Positions 35,012 to 37,200 of a stretch of 37,200 nt of DNA are shown piece after piece. Made by a program: the position numbers and the translations under genes. Numbering within the stretch: position 1 is the first letter of the stretch; each line of letters begins with the position of its first letter. This stretch comes from a virus (taxonomy: Duplodnaviria; Caudoviricetes). The DNA lies in IMG/VR virus record IMGVR_UViG_3300048599_000216, positions 1 to 37,200 of that record, one strand, 5' to 3'. The notes beneath the pieces are model-generated. The model was given only the letters and a program-made list of their open reading frames with translations. It searched no databases and was not told where the DNA came from.

Positions 35012-35785
35012 ATGCATCCCATTATTCCTTGGGTCGGCGGCAAGCGCCGGCTCGCGAAGCAACTGCTGCCCCTTATCGAAGGGACAGCCCATACCTGTTA
35101 TGTCGAACCCTTCGCCGGCGCGGCCGCGCTCCTGTTCATGCGCTCGGCGCCGGCGAAAGCCGAAGTGCTCAACGACGTGCATCACGATCTCGTCACGCTC
35201 TATCGCGTCGTCCAGCATCATCTGGATGAGTTCGTTCGGCAGTTCAGATGGGCTCTCAGCAGCCGTGAAATGTTCCGGTGGGCGAAGCTCCAGCACGTCG
35301 ACACGTTGACCGATATTCAGCGCGCTGCTCGGTTCTACTACCTCCAGCAGCTCACCTTCGGATCGAAGATCACCAGCCAGACGTTCGGGGTGAGCACGAC
35401 CGCGCCGGCAGGTTTAAATCTGCTGCGCATTGAGGAAGAGCTGAGCGCCGCCCACCTTCGGCTAGCGAGGGTCACGATCGAGCATCTGCCCTGGCAGAAC
35501 TGCATCGAACGCTACGATCGCGTGCACACGTTGTTCTTTGCAGATCCACCCTACTGGCGCACTCAGGGTTACGGCGTCCCCTTCGGCTGGGAGCAGTACG
35601 AGCAACTGGCCGAGGTCATGCGTCGCATAAAAGGCCGCCTGATCCTGACGATCAACGACCACCCGGACGTCCGCCGGTTGTTCGCTGAATTCCCAACTAA
35701 GCCCGTCGACATCCAGTACACCTTGGGTGGCGGAGCTGCAGCGAAACCCGCACGGGAGCTCATCATTCGGGCCGGCTGCTGGTAG
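35012..35785 (+). CDS. DNA adenine methyltransferase (D12/Dam-like) in the mom position
   Basis: PWVGGKRRLA, YVEPFAGAAA, EVLND, FFADPPYW; GGAG RBS at 35003. Confidence 0.95.
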   Translation: MHPIIPWVGGKRRLAKQLLPLIEGTAHTCYVEPFAGAAALLFMRSAPAKAEVLNDVHHDLVTLYRVVQHHLDEFVRQFRWALSSREMFRWAKLQHVDTLTDIQRAARFYYLQQLTFGSKITSQTFGVSTTAPAGLNLLRIEEELSAAHLRLARVTIEHLPWQNCIERYDRVHTLFFADPPYWRTQGYGVPFGWEQYEQLAEVMRRIKGRLILTINDHPDVRRLFAEFPTKPVDIQYTLGGGAAAKPARELIIRAGCW

Positions 35786-35887
35786 CCACTCGGCTCCCTA
35801 CGGCGGCGAATTTGGTCGTCGTGGATAAACTGTGTTGTATACTCTGCAACCTCAGGGGAGTGATCACTTAGGGATAAGGGGTTGAGA

Positions 35888-36883
35888 ATGCTTCGTAAGT
35901 ACCTGGTCATCTTTGGGTTGGCGGCGGCCTGCCACAGCGCCGCCAGCCTGGGCGCAATCCAAGCCGTCGAATGCAATAACTGCTCGGGCGCGCAGGAAGA
36001 ACAGAAGGCACTATCGACGCCGGGGCTGGGCATCCGGTACGTCTACGATCTTCCGGGGAACGAGATACGCAAGTTCAAGGTGTATCTCGACAACCCTACG
36101 AACTTCGTCACCGATGCGGTGCCGGTGTCGCCTCAGCCGAAGCTGGACGTGAACGTGCAAACGCCGGCCGGTGTTGCTGTCCGAACGCTTTGGGAAATGA
36201 GCGTCGACCCGGCCATGGTCGTTATCTTCGGTGAGATGCGCTCGCTCTATGTGAAGTACGGGGCAGCTGCCTTTTCCAAGCAGTTCCGGGTCGACATCAC
36301 CAATCTGGGCTTGACCTATGGCGACGTCGCTCCGAGGTACTTCGACCCGCAGCGCATCGGCTGGGAATACCCGGGCGGAGAGTCCCGGCGATTCATGGAC
36401 CGCGTGACCGACCTCGTCGGCGGCGCGAACAGTTCCGCCAGTGTCGATGGCCGTTTGTCCCGGCTGATCCACGGGATTCTCAAGCCGGCCCAAAGCGTAT
36501 CCGTCGAAGGTAGTACCGACGGGGCTGGCGGGGGTGTCACCTTCAGCGGCGTGGGCTCAGAGTTCACGGTGGATTTCTGCAACAGTGCTGACGCCTGCAC
36601 CCGCGTGAAGATCAGCATTACCGCCAATGGCATCAAGTCCGAATACGTCGAGTCTCGGGACAAGTTCGATGTCCTCTATCCGACGATGAACGAGACCCGA
36701 CCGATGCGCCGTGAATGGGGGCGCAATGGGTTCGAGTACGCGCGTGACATGGCGGCGTTCATCGCAAGCCGCGCCGGCAGCCCGTACACAGTCGAGGGCG
36801 GCGGCCCGGTCTGCCGGCGCGTTGTGCTCGCCTGTTCAGACGCTGGCGCGCAGTGGTTGTGCACGGTCAACTGCCTGCAGTAA
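35888..36883 (+). CDS. Secreted Cys-rich protein of unknown function (moron)
   Basis: Signal peptide MLRKYLVIFGLAAACHSAASLGA; eight further Cys in four clusters; own AT-richer upstream region and terminator. Confidence 0.8.
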   Translation: MLRKYLVIFGLAAACHSAASLGAIQAVECNNCSGAQEEQKALSTPGLGIRYVYDLPGNEIRKFKVYLDNPTNFVTDAVPVSPQPKLDVNVQTPAGVAVRTLWEMSVDPAMVVIFGEMRSLYVKYGAAAFSKQFRVDITNLGLTYGDVAPRYFDPQRIGWEYPGGESRRFMDRVTDLVGGANSSASVDGRLSRLIHGILKPAQSVSVEGSTDGAGGGVTFSGVGSEFTVDFCNSADACTRVKISITANGIKSEYVESRDKFDVLYPTMNETRPMRREWGRNGFEYARDMAAFIASRAGSPYTVEGGGPVCRRVVLACSDAGAQWLCTVNCLQ

Positions 36884-36891
36884 GCACCAGC

Positions 36892-36921
36892 AGCGGGGGG
36901 CGAAAGGCCCCCCGCTTCTTT
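36892..36921 (+). terminator. Rho-independent terminator
   Basis: AGCGGGGGGC-GAAAG-GCCCCCCGCT then TCTTT, 8 nt after the stop codon. Confidence 0.85.
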
Positions 36922-37017
36922 CGGCGGCCGGCAATCGCCCGTACCGCCTGCGCCCCGGATAGACCGGTTGCGCCCCCCGCAAATTCATTTCCTGTGCGGT
37001 AACCTGCCGGCTCTGCC

Positions 37018-37059
37018 ATTTATCGCGCGCCGCTGGCCGATTTATCGCGCGCCGCTACA
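37018..37059 (+). repeat. Right phage end: two 17-bp direct repeats (transposase sites) and terminal ACA
   Basis: ATTTATCGCGCGCCGCT at 37018-37034 and 37040-37056 (22-bp period), then ACA. Confidence 0.92.
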
Positions 37060-37065
37060 CCCTTC
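37060..37065 (+). repeat. Right copy of target site duplication CCCTTC
   Basis: Identical to 539-544. Confidence 0.93.
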
Positions 37066-37080
37066 GACCCAAAACCGTTG

Positions 37081-37200
37081 GTAACCGTCCGGCCTCACCA
37101 CCCTCCCCGCAGCACCAGCAGCCGCGATAGTCAGCTCGTCGGGCCCCAGCGATGCGGCAACAGCTCGGCGATGCGGCGATCGGGATGGGTCGGCAGGCGG
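37081..37200 (-). mobile_element. IS66-family element, right end (continues beyond the window)
   Basis: Terminus GTAACCGTCCGG matches the IS66 GTAA.CGTCC IR type and lies 50 bp from a TnpC stop codon. Confidence 0.85.
37131..37199 (-). CDS. tnpC: IS66 transposase TnpC, C-terminal fragment
   Basis: Manual translation RLPTHPDRRIAELLPHRWGPTS*, the characteristic TnpC C-terminal ELLP.W motif. Confidence 0.85.
   Translation of the reverse strand, partial: RLPTHPDRRIAELLPHRWGPTS

Larger units (their letters stand above)
545..37059. mobile_element. Complete Mu-like (B3/BcepMu-type) transposable prophage, siphovirus tail, 36,515 bp
   Basis: TGT...ACA termini with 6-bp TSD; DDE transposase plus AAA partner, Mor, GemA, DUF3486, DUF935 portal, MuF, gpG, gpI and gp36 homologues; early operon reads toward the left end; no tail sheath gene. 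Confidence 0.97.

Noticed and set aside
31387-36883. Invertible host-range segment or diversity-generating retroelement
   Set aside because: No invertase, reverse transcriptase, flanking inverted repeats or template/variable repeat pair seen.
37018-37056. Direct repeats as a mini-CRISPR
   Set aside because: Two 17-bp copies with a 5-bp gap abutting the terminal CA; these fit transposase-binding sites.

Overview
The window holds one complete, apparently intact transposable (Mu-like, B3/BcepMu-type organisation) siphoprophage of 36,515 bp at 545..37059. It has TG...CA ends and an exact 6-bp target duplication (CCCTTC), in a high-GC proteobacterial host. Left to right: a leftward early operon (Ner-like, HTH, DUF3102, DDE transposase A, AAA transposase B, DUF3164, GemA, Mor); an internal repressor followed by three accessory genes; a lysis cassette (SAR endolysin, nested spanins, gp25/gp26-like, no obvious holin); packaging and head genes; a non-contractile tail with a -1 frameshifted chaperone and a 2164-aa tape measure; a Dam-like methylase in the mom position behind a highly structured leader; and a Cys-rich secreted-protein moron. 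Highlights are a compact Acb2-type anti-CBASS sponge gene inside the head operon, a probably chimeric terminase pair, two matching late-promoter motifs, paired operators, and a candidate leader RNA replacing Com. The flanks are an insertion hot spot: the phage and an IS66 end lie 21 bp apart in one host ORF, and a probable IS5 end truncates a DUF3800 gene. Family assignments come from motif recognition and synteny only; no database searches were run.
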